42,496 nt of DNA from Patescibacteria group bacterium (GTDB taxonomy: Bacteria > Patescibacteriota > Minisyncoccia > UBA6257 > UBA9933): the NCBI GenBank assembly GCA_038065955.1, contig JBBTPY010000002.1, positions 1-42,496 on the forward strand. Direction: 5' to 3'. The translations under genes and the position numbers were made by a program. Each line of letters begins with the position of its first letter. Position 1 is the stretch's first letter. Positions 1-9,423 of the stretch are shown here, in pieces. The notes under the pieces are model-generated. The model was not told where the DNA came from and did not search any database. It was given only the letters and a program-made list of their open reading frames with translations.

Positions 1-1
1 C

Positions 2-370
2 ATTGGGCCTGTTACTGGCGGCGGCGATGCTCAAGCGCCTTCCGTTCCCGCTGGACTTTCTGGCCAGGCCATTAGCAGTAGCCAGATAAATCTTTCTTGG
101 ACAGTTTCCACGGACAATGTCGGAGTAGCAGGATACAGAATATACCGCTGTACCGGTTCAGGCTGTATTCCAACAACCCAAATCGCCACTTCTGCCACTA
201 ATTCATATTCCAATATCGGTTTGACCGCCTCCACGGTCTACACCTACCGAGTGGCGGCTTATGATGCGGCAGGAAATGTTTCCGGCCAATCAAGTTCTGT
301 TACGGCTACTACCCAGGCGATTGCCGATACCACTCCTCCCGCCAGTCCGACAGGGTTGACGGTGATGTAG
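2..370 (+). CDS. C-terminal fragment of a surface protein with a fibronectin type III-like domain (5' end lies outside the window)
   Basis: The frame is open from the window edge to TAG at 368-370. My translation reads ..SGQAISSSQINLSWTVSTDNVGVAGYRIYRCTGSGC..TVYTYRVAAYDAAGNVSGQS.., the typical bacterial FN3 pattern. It is absent from the ORF track because no start lies in the window. It is visibly GC-richer than its neighbours. Confidence 0.75.
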   Translation: MGPVTGGGDAQAPSVPAGLSGQAISSSQINLSWTVSTDNVGVAGYRIYRCTGSGCIPTTQIATSATNSYSNIGLTASTVYTYRVAAYDAAGNVSGQSSSVTATTQAIADTTPPASPTGLTVM

Positions 371-385
371 CATAAAAATAAAATA

Positions 386-412
386 AACCCGCTAATCAGC
401 GGGGTTATTTAT
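386..412. terminator. Hairpin terminator between convergent genes
   Basis: Stem CCCGCT (388-393), loop AATC, stem AGCGGG (398-403), followed by a T-rich tract. It sits between the FN3 stop and the stop of the minus-strand gene at 417. Confidence 0.6.
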
Positions 413-416
413 AAAA

Positions 417-896
417 TTAAAGAATTTCTATTTTTGCCGTTTGTTTGCCGAATTTAAGCGCTTCTTTCTCATCGGTAAACCAGATATCAACGCGGTCGCC
501 GTAGCGCGAATGCATCCGGTCTTCAATTACAAAGACGCGGTTTCCAAAAAGTTTTGGTATTCTGAATTTAGTTCCGAAAGGCAAAAAATTTGAAGCTGCC
601 ACGCCGTTTCGGACATAACTGCCAGAGGCCGTGATAAATGGCGTTTCATCCGTCTGCTCCGGCGTGCTGGAATAGGCCGTAGTTATGGCGGTCAATGTTT
701 GTCGCTGTTTTTTCGTTTGTTTTTCGAAAGTTAAAACAGGACTATTCGCGACAACCGCGTCGCCGAAATAACCGGAATAATCGCCATACTTATCGGCAGG
801 CAGATTGGGAAAACCCGCTTTTTCTTTAAAATCAACGGTTAACGGCTGATTGGCGCTTAAAGCAATCAATAAAATGGTTAGATATTTGTATGTCAT
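417..896 (-). CDS. Secreted 3D (RlpA-like double-psi beta-barrel) domain protein, probably cell-wall-active
   Basis: 159 aa with a signal-like N-terminus (MTYKYLTILLIALSA). The C-terminal half, TAYSSTPEQTDETPFITASG..VAASNFLPFGTKFRIP..VFVIEDRMHSRYGDRVDIWF, matches the 3D domain pattern. Confidence 0.7.
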   Translation of the reverse strand: MTYKYLTILLIALSANQPLTVDFKEKAGFPNLPADKYGDYSGYFGDAVVANSPVLTFEKQTKKQRQTLTAITTAYSSTPEQTDETPFITASGSYVRNGVAASNFLPFGTKFRIPKLFGNRVFVIEDRMHSRYGDRVDIWFTDEKEALKFGKQTAKIEIL

Positions 897-1084
897 ATAA
901 AAAACCCCTTTCGGGGCATATCTAATTTAATCTCTTAATTTTGGATTATAGTAGCAGATTAATATTTACTTGTCAAGGATAGCGGCAGAAATTCAAATTT
1001 TTTGAATTTCATTACCAAACGTAGTTTCGTAGCGAACGAAAGTTCTGCTACGGAGGCAATTTTGTATTAGACGGACATATTAGC

Positions 1085-1131
1085 AAAAAATAAAATCCCT
1101 CGCATTCGCATAGTTAGCGCGCGCGAGGGAT
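1085..1131 (-). terminator. Rho-independent terminator of the 1146..1742 gene
   Basis: Stem ATCCCTCGC (1095-1103) pairs with GCGAGGGAT (1123-1131). On the minus strand the hairpin is followed by TTTTATTTTTT. Confidence 0.7.
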
Positions 1132-1145
1132 TAAGAGCTGTAGAG

Positions 1146-1742
1146 TTAAAAGTGCAAGAGAATTCCTGCCTTTACAACATTCATGTTTTGCCTGTTATCA
1201 AATATCTCTTGGATATCAGTGCCATGGCTTTTTGCGTGCATGTATTCCAACGATATCCCTATGTTTTTTACCTTCTTTTTCATTATGGGGATAAGGTATT
1301 CAATGCCGACTTTTCCCGCTAATGCGTGATTGTAATCTACGTAATCTGGTATTTTTTTGTCGGCAAATAAAATTGTTTGGGTGAATTGTGATCCAAATCC
1401 GATTCCTCCGTAGACATTCAGGTTTATCGCTTTTACCGTTATCGGAGCGCGCAGCATGCCGAAAATATAAAGACTATCGCTAATTTCACCTGCATTATGG
1501 TTTATCAAAGTGGCATTCATATATTCCATTTGGATTCCAGGTTGGATCTTGGTTTTTTTTATGCCGGTGTGATAGATTGTTCCGTTAATTCCCCATGCGC
1601 CGGTTACGACATTTTCTCTTAACTCGTCATAACTGCCAAAATACATACCATGAACAAATTCCACGTCCGCGGCATTGGTTGCTATTGGCTTCCATAATAA
1701 TATCATCAATACCGCCGTCATAAATAACAATATCTTTTTCAT
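1146..1742 (-). CDS. Secreted protein with outer-membrane beta-barrel-like features
   Basis: 198 aa with a signal peptide (MKKILLFMTAVLMILLWKPIATNA). Amphipathic strands alternate (NLNVYGGIGFGSQF, KVGIEYLI, NIGISLEYMHA). The C-terminus ..VKAGILLHF ends in Phe like an OMP beta-signal. Confidence 0.5.
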   Translation of the reverse strand: MKKILLFMTAVLMILLWKPIATNAADVEFVHGMYFGSYDELRENVVTGAWGINGTIYHTGIKKTKIQPGIQMEYMNATLINHNAGEISDSLYIFGMLRAPITVKAINLNVYGGIGFGSQFTQTILFADKKIPDYVDYNHALAGKVGIEYLIPIMKKKVKNIGISLEYMHAKSHGTDIQEIFDNRQNMNVVKAGILLHF

Positions 1743-1940
1743 TTCTTTTCTCCTTTATTAAATTGTTAATATTAATAATGCGCATTATCGCGCCTTTCCC
1801 CTAAAAATCCGCCAAATCACCTCCTTTCTGAATTTTCTAACTAAATAAAATTTAACATACAACATTTTTTTTGTCAAGTTTTTGTACTGGAAGGGCGCAT
1901 CATATTGCCCATTCGGGTAAATTCTTGTAAAATTTTTACT

Positions 1941-2276
1941 ATGAACATCAACGAGTATAAACAATCGGCAAAACTCATACGAGATAATGAAATTTATAAA
2001 GTTTACGACTTATCCGTTCTTGGTCATTTGACGGTTTCTTTAACCGAGCTTTACCCGCAAAAAGCGACGAACGGCCATTCTCACGACGGCGCCGACGAAG
2101 TCTATGTTTTTATTGACGGTAGCGGTTTTATGGAAGCGGCTGAACGTAAATTTTCCGTTAAGGCCGGAGACGTTGTTCTTGTGCCGGCCGGCGATTTTCA
2201 TAAAGTTTACAATAATGGAGAAAAAAATCTCAGCTTTTGGGCCATTTTTGAAAAATACGGCGGCAGAGGAAAATAA
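1941..2276 (+). CDS. Cupin-domain protein
   Basis: Two cupin motifs are present: GHSHDGADEVYVFIDG and KAGDVVLVPAGDFHKVYNNG. The ORF track starts at TTG 1905, but I prefer ATG 1941 (MNINEYK). Confidence 0.7.
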   Translation: MNINEYKQSAKLIRDNEIYKVYDLSVLGHLTVSLTELYPQKATNGHSHDGADEVYVFIDGSGFMEAAERKFSVKAGDVVLVPAGDFHKVYNNGEKNLSFWAIFEKYGGRGK

Positions 2277-2283
2277 TATCGTG

Positions 2284-2354
2284 AGCGAGTAAGGGGAGTC
2301 GAACCCCTGTCAACAGGTTGGAAACCTGTGGTAATGCCGTTATACGATACTCGC
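2284..2354 (-). tRNA. tRNA-Gly (anticodon UCC), no encoded CCA
   Basis: The reverse complement folds as a cloverleaf. Acceptor GCGAGTA pairs with TACTCGC. The anticodon arm is ACAGG-TTTCCAA-CCTGT. The T arm is AGGGG-TTCGACT-CCCCT. The discriminator is U. Confidence 0.85.
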
Positions 2355-2431
2355 TTTATGGCATCTCTTGTATAAATATAATCCTTGGCCTTGATTTTTT
2401 CAAGGAAATTGAGATATTATAAGTCAGTGAA

Positions 2432-3040
2432 ATGATTAGCGATTTTTATTTTAAAATTCCGCGGCGAGTAAAAATTACGATTATTTTCTTATTGATTGTT
2501 TCAGCTGTTTATTTGCTGGCGCGTTTTTTTACGCCTGAAATTAAAAATGTGCCGGAAGAATTTTTAAGAGCCCGTCAAGAGGCCTCATTGATTGCCAAAG
2601 ATATTATTGATTTTTCCGGCCAGACCGCCGGCAATATCGCCGTTATTTCGGAGCTTGACAGAGAGGCGAAATACGGCGACGCTTTAAATTTAATTTCTCA
2701 GGAATTGGAACGCAATCGCCAGGCGCGCGAAAAAGCCATTGAATTGTCAAAACAATTGGAGTCAATGATTAAAAATATTCCGGAGATTTCACCGGCTTCG
2801 GCCGGTCAGGCGGCTTTAGAGGCGTTAACTTCGGAAACGGCTTTAATTAGCCGGTTGATAAGCTATAATGATTATCTGGTTCAGTTGATGGATATTTTGA
2901 AGAAAAAATTTTTATTTCAAGAAAAAAATGGCAATGGCCGGGTTTTGGAGCTAATCAATAAAATAAATGAAGAAGCGCGGATGATTAACGAATTGGATAA
3001 AAATTTCAACAAATTAATGGACAAATTTGATAATAAATAA
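2432..3040 (+). CDS. Hypothetical membrane-anchored coiled-coil protein
   Basis: 202-aa ORF with one N-terminal TM segment (ITIIFLLIVSAVYLLARFF) followed by a charged helical region. No motif was recognised. Confidence 0.5.
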   Translation: MISDFYFKIPRRVKITIIFLLIVSAVYLLARFFTPEIKNVPEEFLRARQEASLIAKDIIDFSGQTAGNIAVISELDREAKYGDALNLISQELERNRQAREKAIELSKQLESMIKNIPEISPASAGQAALEALTSETALISRLISYNDYLVQLMDILKKKFLFQEKNGNGRVLELINKINEEARMINELDKNFNKLMDKFDNK

Positions 3041-3043
3041 ATT

Positions 3044-4291
3044 ATGAAGAATTTAATAATTTTACTGATAGTCGTTATTATTTTGACAATAGCCGCCGGA
3101 TTATTCGTTTATCCGCTGTTTTCCGCGCCATTTGATTTTTTGGCAAAATATTCTCCTTGGCGGCTTGGTTTAGATTTGATAGGCGGCACTCATCTGATTT
3201 ATGAAGTTGATTTGAGTTCTATTGATCAAAGCGATCGCGATTCAGCGATGGAAGGATTAAGGGATGTAATGGAGCGCCGAGTTAATATATTCGGCGTTTC
3301 CGAACCGCAAGTCGCCATTGCTAAAGAAGGCGGTTTTTATCGCCTTGTGATTGAATTGGCCGGCGTTAAGAATCCGCAAGAGGCGATAAATCAAATCGGT
3401 CGGACCGCTTTTTTGGAATTTCGAGAGACCATGGAAATTCCCGCGGGCGAGAATAAAGAAGCGCAAGTCGCGTATGTTCAAACGGAACTTACCGGACGTT
3501 ATTTGATAAAAGCAGAAGCCATAATAGGTCAATCGCTGAATCAGCCGCAAATAGCTTTAACTTTTAACGCCGAGGGCGCCAAGATGTTTGAAGAAATCAC
3601 CGGCCGGAATGTCGGTAAACAGTTGGCGATTTTTATTGACAGTGAGCCGATTTCGGCGCCGCGGGTTAATGAAAAAATTATCGGCGGCAAAGCGGTAATT
3701 ACCGGAGTTTCGTCCGAAGAAGCGAAGAATTTGGCGAATTTACTTAACGCCGGAGCTTTGCCGGCGCCGATAAAACTTGTAAGCCAACAGTTAATAGGTC
3801 CGAGCTTGGGTGAAGAATCGTTGAAAAAAGCGATTTTTGCCGGCGCTATCGGCGTTTTATCGGTAATGGCGTTTATGATTGTTTATTATCGTTTGTTTGG
3901 ATTTTTCGCTTCATTGGCGCTTTTAATTTATACTGTTTTAACGCTGGCGATTTTTAAATTAACTTCAATGACGATGACTCTTTCGGGTATTGCCGGATTT
4001 ATTCTTTCAATCGGCATGGCGGTTGACGCCAATATTTTGATTTTTGAAAGGACTAAAGAAGAAATTAAAAAAGGAGTTTCAAAAATATCGGCCATTGAAG
4101 AAGGGTTTCGTCGGGCTTGGCCGTCAATTCGCGATTCCAATGTTTCAACGATTATTACGGCCGTTATTCTTTATAAATTCACTTCCAGTTTTGTTCAGGG
4201 TTTTGCCTTGACGCTTTTAATCGGCGTTTTGATTTCAATGTTTTCGGCGATAATGATTACAAGGACAATATTAAGAATATTTATTAAATGA
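3044..4291 (+). CDS. secD: Protein translocase subunit SecD
   Basis: 415 aa with an N-terminal TM segment, a periplasmic domain (LGLDLIGGTHLIYEVD) and a C-terminal multi-TM block (GIAGFILSIGMAVDANILIFER). Its stop overlaps the secF start (ATGA). Confidence 0.92.
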   Translation: MKNLIILLIVVIILTIAAGLFVYPLFSAPFDFLAKYSPWRLGLDLIGGTHLIYEVDLSSIDQSDRDSAMEGLRDVMERRVNIFGVSEPQVAIAKEGGFYRLVIELAGVKNPQEAINQIGRTAFLEFRETMEIPAGENKEAQVAYVQTELTGRYLIKAEAIIGQSLNQPQIALTFNAEGAKMFEEITGRNVGKQLAIFIDSEPISAPRVNEKIIGGKAVITGVSSEEAKNLANLLNAGALPAPIKLVSQQLIGPSLGEESLKKAIFAGAIGVLSVMAFMIVYYRLFGFFASLALLIYTVLTLAIFKLTSMTMTLSGIAGFILSIGMAVDANILIFERTKEEIKKGVSKISAIEEGFRRAWPSIRDSNVSTIITAVILYKFTSSFVQGFALTLLIGVLISMFSAIMITRTILRIFIK

Positions 4292-5181
4292 ATATAATAA
4301 AATATCGTTACATATTTTTATCAATTTCCGGAATTTTTATTTTAGCCGGGATTTTCGCTGTTGCCGTTTTTGGATTGAAAATTGGCGTTGATTTTGTCGG
4401 CGGCACTTTATGGCAAATAAAATTAACAAATGGAGATCAGTCAATAACCGTCGGTGAAATTAGGGATTTTTTTGAAAAAGATTTAGAAGTTAAAAATGCC
4501 GCTGTTTTTCCGGCGGAGAATCAAAGTTTTTTAATTCGGCTGGGCCATATTTCAGAAGAAGAGCATCAGCTTTTTCGCGATAAATTAAAAGATAAATTGG
4601 GCGAGGCGGAGGAATTGCGTTATGAAGCTGTCGGACCGACCATTGGCCGCGAATTGAGAAATAAAGCGGTCTTGGCGGTAATTTTCGTGCTTTTGGGAAT
4701 TTCTATTTATGTGGCGTACGCTTTCCGCAAGGTTTCTTATCCGGTTAAATCATGGAAATACGGAGCGATTACCTTAATTACTCTTTTTCACGATGTTATT
4801 ATCCCCACCGGTTTTTTGGCGGTTTTGGGTTGGCGTTACGGCGTTGAATTTGACACGAAATTCGTGGTCGCTCTCTTGGTTATTATGGGTTTTTCGGTTC
4901 ATGATACAATCGTGGTTTTTGACCGAATTAGGGAAAATCTTTTATTAAACCGCGGCCGCGCCGAATTGTCGGCAATCGTCAATGACAGCATCGTTCAAAC
5001 AATAGGCCGTTCAATCAATACTTCGTTAACTTTGGTTTTGACGCTGATGGCATTATTCTTATTCGGACCCGCCTCTTTGAAATATTTTGTTTTAACCATT
5101 ATAATTGGCACGATTGTCGGAATTTATTCGTCAATTTTTGTCGCCAGCCCGCTTTTAATTTTAAAAACAGAAAAAAAATGA
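4288..5181 (+). CDS. secF: Protein translocase subunit SecF
   Basis: 297 aa with GVDFVGGT near the N-terminus, GFSVHDTIVVFDRIREN and six TM-like segments. It is translationally coupled to secD. Confidence 0.92.
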   Translation: MNIIKYRYIFLSISGIFILAGIFAVAVFGLKIGVDFVGGTLWQIKLTNGDQSITVGEIRDFFEKDLEVKNAAVFPAENQSFLIRLGHISEEEHQLFRDKLKDKLGEAEELRYEAVGPTIGRELRNKAVLAVIFVLLGISIYVAYAFRKVSYPVKSWKYGAITLITLFHDVIIPTGFLAVLGWRYGVEFDTKFVVALLVIMGFSVHDTIVVFDRIRENLLLNRGRAELSAIVNDSIVQTIGRSINTSLTLVLTLMALFLFGPASLKYFVLTIIIGTIVGIYSSIFVASPLLILKTEKK

Positions 5182-5191
5182 GACGGTTTGT

Positions 5192-5220
5192 TTGACATTT
5201 TAATAAAACCTTGTTAGATT
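5192..5220 (+). promoter_or_regulatory. Sigma70-like promoter with a very short or absent leader before ATG 5230
   Basis: TTGACA (5192-5197), a 17-nt spacer, then TAGATT (5215-5220). The ATG lies 9 nt downstream and there is no SD. Confidence 0.45.
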
Positions 5221-5229
5221 TAATTTATT

Positions 5230-6255
5230 ATGACAATTAACGCGATTATTAACGATTTAATAAAAAATTTGGATCGACGCCAAAAGGACGTTATTGAGGC
5301 GAGATTCGGATTATTAAGGGGGACAAAGCAAACTTTGGCCGCCATCGGCAGAAAATATAATCTTACGAGAGAAAGAATTAGGCAGATAGAGGCCGCCTCT
5401 TTGAATATTGTCAGAAAGAAATTCGACGATTTGCCGGCTAAAAAAATTTCAGAAGCGGCTTTTGGAGAATTAAAAAAATTCGGCGGCGTAAGGAAAGAAG
5501 ACGATTTTATCAAGGATTTAATAATTTTGTTAAAAGACAATAATATTAACGGGCGCGATTTAAAATTTATTTTTGAAGTTGCCCGAAAGCCGGAATTTTA
5601 TCGCGGAGACAATAATTATTATGATTTTTGGTATTTGGATAAAGAAGTTTTTAAAAAAGTCGCCGGTTTTATCAATAATTTGGCGGAAGCCATTAAAAAT
5701 AAAAAAAAGGAGATAGTCGTTCATAAAAAATTTAACGTGTTTTTTAATGAAGTTCTTAAGGCGCGCGGCGTTGACGACAAAACCGCTTTTAATTATCTCG
5801 CCATTTCAAAGAAATTTAAAACTAGTCCTTTTGGCGATTTTGGCTTAAGTCATTGGGAAGAAATCAATCCAAAAACTTTTAGGTCTAAAATTTATGTGAT
5901 TCTTAAGCGCCACGGCAAACCTTTGTATTTTCGAGAAATCGCCGACAGGATTAATAAAGTCGGTTTTAGCGGCCCTATCGCGCGGCACCGGACGATACAT
6001 AATGAACTGATTAAAGACCCGCGTTTTGTTTTGGTTGGCCGGGGAATGTACGGGCTTACCGAGTTCGGTCTTGAACCGGGCGCGGCCAAAGACGTCATTA
6101 AGCGCGTTTTAAAAAATAAAGGCCCTTTGCCCAGGGAAGAAGTCATAAATTTAGTGCTTCAGGAAAGATTTTTAAAACCCAATACGATTTTGCTGAATCT
6201 CCAAAATAAAAAGCATTTCAAAAAACTGCCGGACGGCAGATATCGTTTGGCGTAA
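5230..6255 (+). CDS. Sigma-70 region-4-like HTH fused to a HARE-HTH (RNAP delta-like) domain protein
   Basis: The N-terminus RQKDVIEARFGLL..QTLAAIGRKYNLTRERIRQIEAASL matches the sigma region 4 pattern. The C-terminus YFREIADRI....HRTIHNELIKDPRFVLVGRGMYGLTEFG matches the HARE-HTH pattern. Confidence 0.7.
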   Translation: MTINAIINDLIKNLDRRQKDVIEARFGLLRGTKQTLAAIGRKYNLTRERIRQIEAASLNIVRKKFDDLPAKKISEAAFGELKKFGGVRKEDDFIKDLIILLKDNNINGRDLKFIFEVARKPEFYRGDNNYYDFWYLDKEVFKKVAGFINNLAEAIKNKKKEIVVHKKFNVFFNEVLKARGVDDKTAFNYLAISKKFKTSPFGDFGLSHWEEINPKTFRSKIYVILKRHGKPLYFREIADRINKVGFSGPIARHRTIHNELIKDPRFVLVGRGMYGLTEFGLEPGAAKDVIKRVLKNKGPLPREEVINLVLQERFLKPNTILLNLQNKKHFKKLPDGRYRLA

Positions 6256-6269
6256 TTTATAGACTTTTA

Positions 6270-7568
6270 ATGTTGGACATTTTATTCGGCGCTTTAAAAA
6301 CCATCGAACAAGTTTTTCTTTCCGTTTGGTGGGCAATTGTGCCTTTAGCCCTCTTTTTTATTTTTCGCGATTTTTGGTTATTTTATGTCCGAACAAAATT
6401 CGTTGATAAAATTAAATGGAAGCTTTTTGAAATTAAGGTTCCCAAAGAAATTTTAAAGTCGGCGAAATCAATGGAACAAATTTTCGCTGGAATGTATTCA
6501 ATGTATTCTTACGGCATTAACGATTTTTTGCCGAAATATGTTGACGGCAAAGTGGATTCCTGGTCTTCGTGGGAGATGGTCGGTTACGCCGGCGGAGTTT
6601 ATTTTTATGTTTACGCGCCGGCTGATAAGCAAAGCTTGGTAGAGACCGTCGTTTACGCCCAATATCCGGAGGCGGAAATTTCCGAAGTTGAGGATTATAC
6701 TAATATTTTACCTTCAGTTTTGCCGAGCGAAACATATGATGTTTGGGGAATGGAGTTGGCGCTGGCTAAAGAAAATTATCTGCCGATTAAAACCTATCCG
6801 TTTTTTGAAAGTGATATTGAAGAAAAGACGATTGACCCGATTGCGGCCATTTCCGAGGCGATGTCAAAACTTAAAGAAGGAGAAACAATTTGGATTCAGA
6901 TTTTAATCAGTCCGACAGGCGCCGTCACCGGCAATAATTGGAAAAAAGAAGGCGAGGAAAAAATTGATGAAATCGTTGGGAGGGGCAAAAAAGGAAAAGA
7001 AAAAGGTTGGTTTTACGAGGTTAATTTATTTGCGAGAAATTTAATATTGGCGCCGACAGAATATCCTATTTGGAACGGCGAGAAAAAATCCGAAGAAAAA
7101 ACGAAGATTTTATCTCCGGATGAGCAGGAGCTCGTTAAGGCGATTTATGGCAAAATTTCCAAACAGGGATTTGAAACAATTATCCGTTTTGTTTATATTG
7201 ACCGCCGCGACAGTTTTACGGCCGCCAATATCGCGGCGGTGAACGGATCTTTTCATCAGTTTAATACTCAAAATTTTAACGCTTTTAAGCCGAATTACAT
7301 GATTACGATTTTTGATTCTTATTTGGCGAGACTAATTTCAAGATATAAGCAATTTAGGGTGAATTATAAAAAAAGAAGAATTTTTGATTATTATAAACAA
7401 AGACGGTTCGGCAGATATAACAAAACGAGAGAAGAAAAATTTTCAGTTTTCAATATTGAAGAATTAGCGACGATTTATCATTTCCCGGCGGCGCCGGTGA
7501 AAGCGCCGAGATTGCGGCAGGTGGAAGCTAAAAAAGGTGGACCGCCGGCCGGATTACCGATAGAATAA
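6270..7568 (+). CDS. Membrane-anchored hypothetical protein, partner of the downstream VirD4/TraD-like ATPase
   Basis: 432-aa ORF with an N-terminal TM segment (VWWAIVPLALFFIFRDFWLFYV). It ends 6 nt before the ATPase gene. No catalytic motif was recognised. Confidence 0.55.
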   Translation: MLDILFGALKTIEQVFLSVWWAIVPLALFFIFRDFWLFYVRTKFVDKIKWKLFEIKVPKEILKSAKSMEQIFAGMYSMYSYGINDFLPKYVDGKVDSWSSWEMVGYAGGVYFYVYAPADKQSLVETVVYAQYPEAEISEVEDYTNILPSVLPSETYDVWGMELALAKENYLPIKTYPFFESDIEEKTIDPIAAISEAMSKLKEGETIWIQILISPTGAVTGNNWKKEGEEKIDEIVGRGKKGKEKGWFYEVNLFARNLILAPTEYPIWNGEKKSEEKTKILSPDEQELVKAIYGKISKQGFETIIRFVYIDRRDSFTAANIAAVNGSFHQFNTQNFNAFKPNYMITIFDSYLARLISRYKQFRVNYKKRRIFDYYKQRRFGRYNKTREEKFSVFNIEELATIYHFPAAPVKAPRLRQVEAKKGGPPAGLPIE

Positions 7569-7574
7569 AAATCT

Positions 7575-9044
7575 ATGAATGAAATAAATTTTTTTGGTAA
7601 AACTAATTTTCGCAATCAGCAGGTTAAATTCGGCATTAAAATCGATGACCGGCGCCGGCATATGTATGTTGTCGGCAAAACCGGCACCGGTAAAACCAAT
7701 CTTTTGGAAAATATGGCGATTGCCGATATTCAAGCCGGCCGGGGCGTGGCCGTTGTGGACCCGCACGGCGAATTTGCCGAAAAAATGCTGGATTTCGTTC
7801 CGGAAAATCGCATTGACGACGTGATTTATCTTAATCCGGCCGACATTGATTATCCGATTGCTTTTAATCCTTTGGAGCAGGTGAGCCTTGAATATCGTCA
7901 TCTCGTCGCTTCCGGCATAATGGGAGTTTTTAAAAAAATTTGGCCCGATGTTTGGTCCGCGCGGATGGAATATATTCTTAATAATGCGCTTTTGGCGCTT
8001 TTGGAATATCCCGGCTCAACGCTTTTGGGAATAATGAGGATGCTGGCGGAGAAAGAATATCGGAAGCAAATAGTTGATAATCTGAAAGACCCGGTTATTA
8101 AAGCTTTTTGGGTCAATGAATTCGCCCGTTATACTCAGCGTTTGGAAACCGAGGCGGTCGCCGCCATCCAGAATAAAGTAGGCCAATTTATCGCCAATCC
8201 TTTAATAAGAAACATTATGGGACAGTCGCATTCGGCGATTAATATGAGAAAAGCGATGGACGAAGGAAAGATTTTAATAATCAATCTTTCCAAGGGCAGA
8301 ATCGGAGAAGATAATTCGGCTCTTTTGGGCGCGATGATTATCACCAAGCTTCAGCTGGCGGCGATGTCGCGCGTTGACATTCCTATGGAACGCCGGAAAG
8401 ATTTTTATCTTTACGTTGACGAATTTCAGAATTTTTCCACGGAATCTTTCGCCAATATTCTTTCCGAAGCCAGAAAATACCGTTTAAATTTGATTTTAGC
8501 CCATCAATATATCAGCCAGTTGACCAGCGACCAGAATACCAAAGTCAGGGACGCGGTTTTCGGCAATGTCGGTACGATTGTTTGTTTTCGGGTCGGCGCC
8601 GAAGATTCGGAATTTTTGGAAAAGGAATTTTTGCCGGAATTCAACGCCAATGATTTGGTAAATTTGGCTAAGTACAATATTTACGTGAAACTGATGATTG
8701 ACGGCGTCGCTTCAAAGGCTTTTTCGGCGGAAACTTTGACGCCTTACGAGGCGCCGGTCAACAGTTTTAAAGACGTGATTATTGAAAATTCAAGAAATAA
8801 ATACGGCACTCCGCGTTCAGTGGTTGACGATAAAATCAGCAAAGAATGGATGGCGGAAGCCGGAATTGTTGAAGAAAAAATTCGGCGGCGTGAAGAACAG
8901 CCGCTGGAAAAAACTCTGGTCCGGCCGGAACCGTTCAGGCGGCCGATTGTTCAGCGCGAGAAAAAAATTATTGACATTGAAGAATTAAAAAAAACAATCC
9001 AAAAATCATTGGGGAAAATAGGAGAAGGAGAAACAAAAAAATAA
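7575..9044 (+). CDS. Type IV secretion coupling-protein-like (VirD4/TraD/TraG family) P-loop ATPase
   Basis: Walker A is VVGKTGTGKT and Walker B-like is FYLYVDEFQNF. The segment RKYRLNLILAHQYISQL resembles the TraD/TraG C-terminal domain. Confidence 0.75.
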   Translation: MNEINFFGKTNFRNQQVKFGIKIDDRRRHMYVVGKTGTGKTNLLENMAIADIQAGRGVAVVDPHGEFAEKMLDFVPENRIDDVIYLNPADIDYPIAFNPLEQVSLEYRHLVASGIMGVFKKIWPDVWSARMEYILNNALLALLEYPGSTLLGIMRMLAEKEYRKQIVDNLKDPVIKAFWVNEFARYTQRLETEAVAAIQNKVGQFIANPLIRNIMGQSHSAINMRKAMDEGKILIINLSKGRIGEDNSALLGAMIITKLQLAAMSRVDIPMERRKDFYLYVDEFQNFSTESFANILSEARKYRLNLILAHQYISQLTSDQNTKVRDAVFGNVGTIVCFRVGAEDSEFLEKEFLPEFNANDLVNLAKYNIYVKLMIDGVASKAFSAETLTPYEAPVNSFKDVIIENSRNKYGTPRSVVDDKISKEWMAEAGIVEEKIRRREEQPLEKTLVRPEPFRRPIVQREKKIIDIEELKKTIQKSLGKIGEGETKK

Positions 9045-9090
9045 TAACGGGGTTGACGAAATCCGGAGAGAAATTTATTATGAGGCAATT

Positions 9091-9165
9091 GCTCCCATCG
9101 TCTAGTGGTTAGGACATCAGGTTTTCATCCTGGCAACAGGGGTTCGATTCCCCTTGGGAGCACCA
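9091..9165 (+). tRNA. tRNA-Glu (anticodon UUC), CCA encoded
   Basis: Acceptor GCTCCCA pairs with TGGGAGC. The anticodon arm is TCAGG-TTTTCAT-CCTGG. The T arm is AGGGG-TTCGATT-CCCCT. It ends in ACCA and is 75 nt long. Confidence 0.9.
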
Positions 9166-9350
9166 TCGTAGAATTTTGAGTATTAATTAGCTGTTAATGC
9201 ACTTTATGAGCTGGTGGTATCCAGATTTGGCTACCCTTTGTTGATATTTGAAATGTACAGTAGTTTTGAGCTCTCTTCCAGCAGGCTTTTCCGATATGAG
9301 ACACTTTTGTATCATTACTGAAAAGCCATACATTATCCACATTTTGGGTT

Positions 9351-9400
9351 TGTTTACATTACTTGACCTGATGTAAACAAATAAGTATACTTTGTTTACA
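9351..9400 (+). promoter_or_regulatory. Promoter of the fic gene overlapped by nested inverted repeats (operator-like)
   Basis: TTGACC (9363-9368), a 17-nt spacer, then TATACT (9386-9391). TGTTTACAT (9351-9359) pairs with ATGTAAACA (9371-9379). TGTAAACAAA (9372-9381) pairs with TTTGTTTACA (9391-9400). A further GTAAACA lies at the start codon. Confidence 0.55.
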
Positions 9401-9423
9401 TTGATAAAAAGATGTAAGTAAAC

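Noticed and set aside
31-234. 67-aa minus-strand ORF in the ORF track
   Set aside because: It lies antisense to a clean FN3-domain reading frame that runs from the window edge to 370. It has no SD and no recognisable motif.
920-1080. Hairpins (GAAATTCAAA/TTTGAATTTC, CGTAGC/GCTACG) upstream of the 3D-domain gene considered as a c-di-AMP (ydaO-type) riboswitch
   Set aside because: They lie upstream of the putative promoter rather than in the 5' UTR. I could not find the conserved ydaO sequence blocks.
2104-2292. 62-aa plus-strand ORF overlapping the cupin gene and the tRNA-Gly
   Set aside because: It is an alternative frame of a well-supported cupin CDS and runs into a tRNA gene, so it is a frame artefact.
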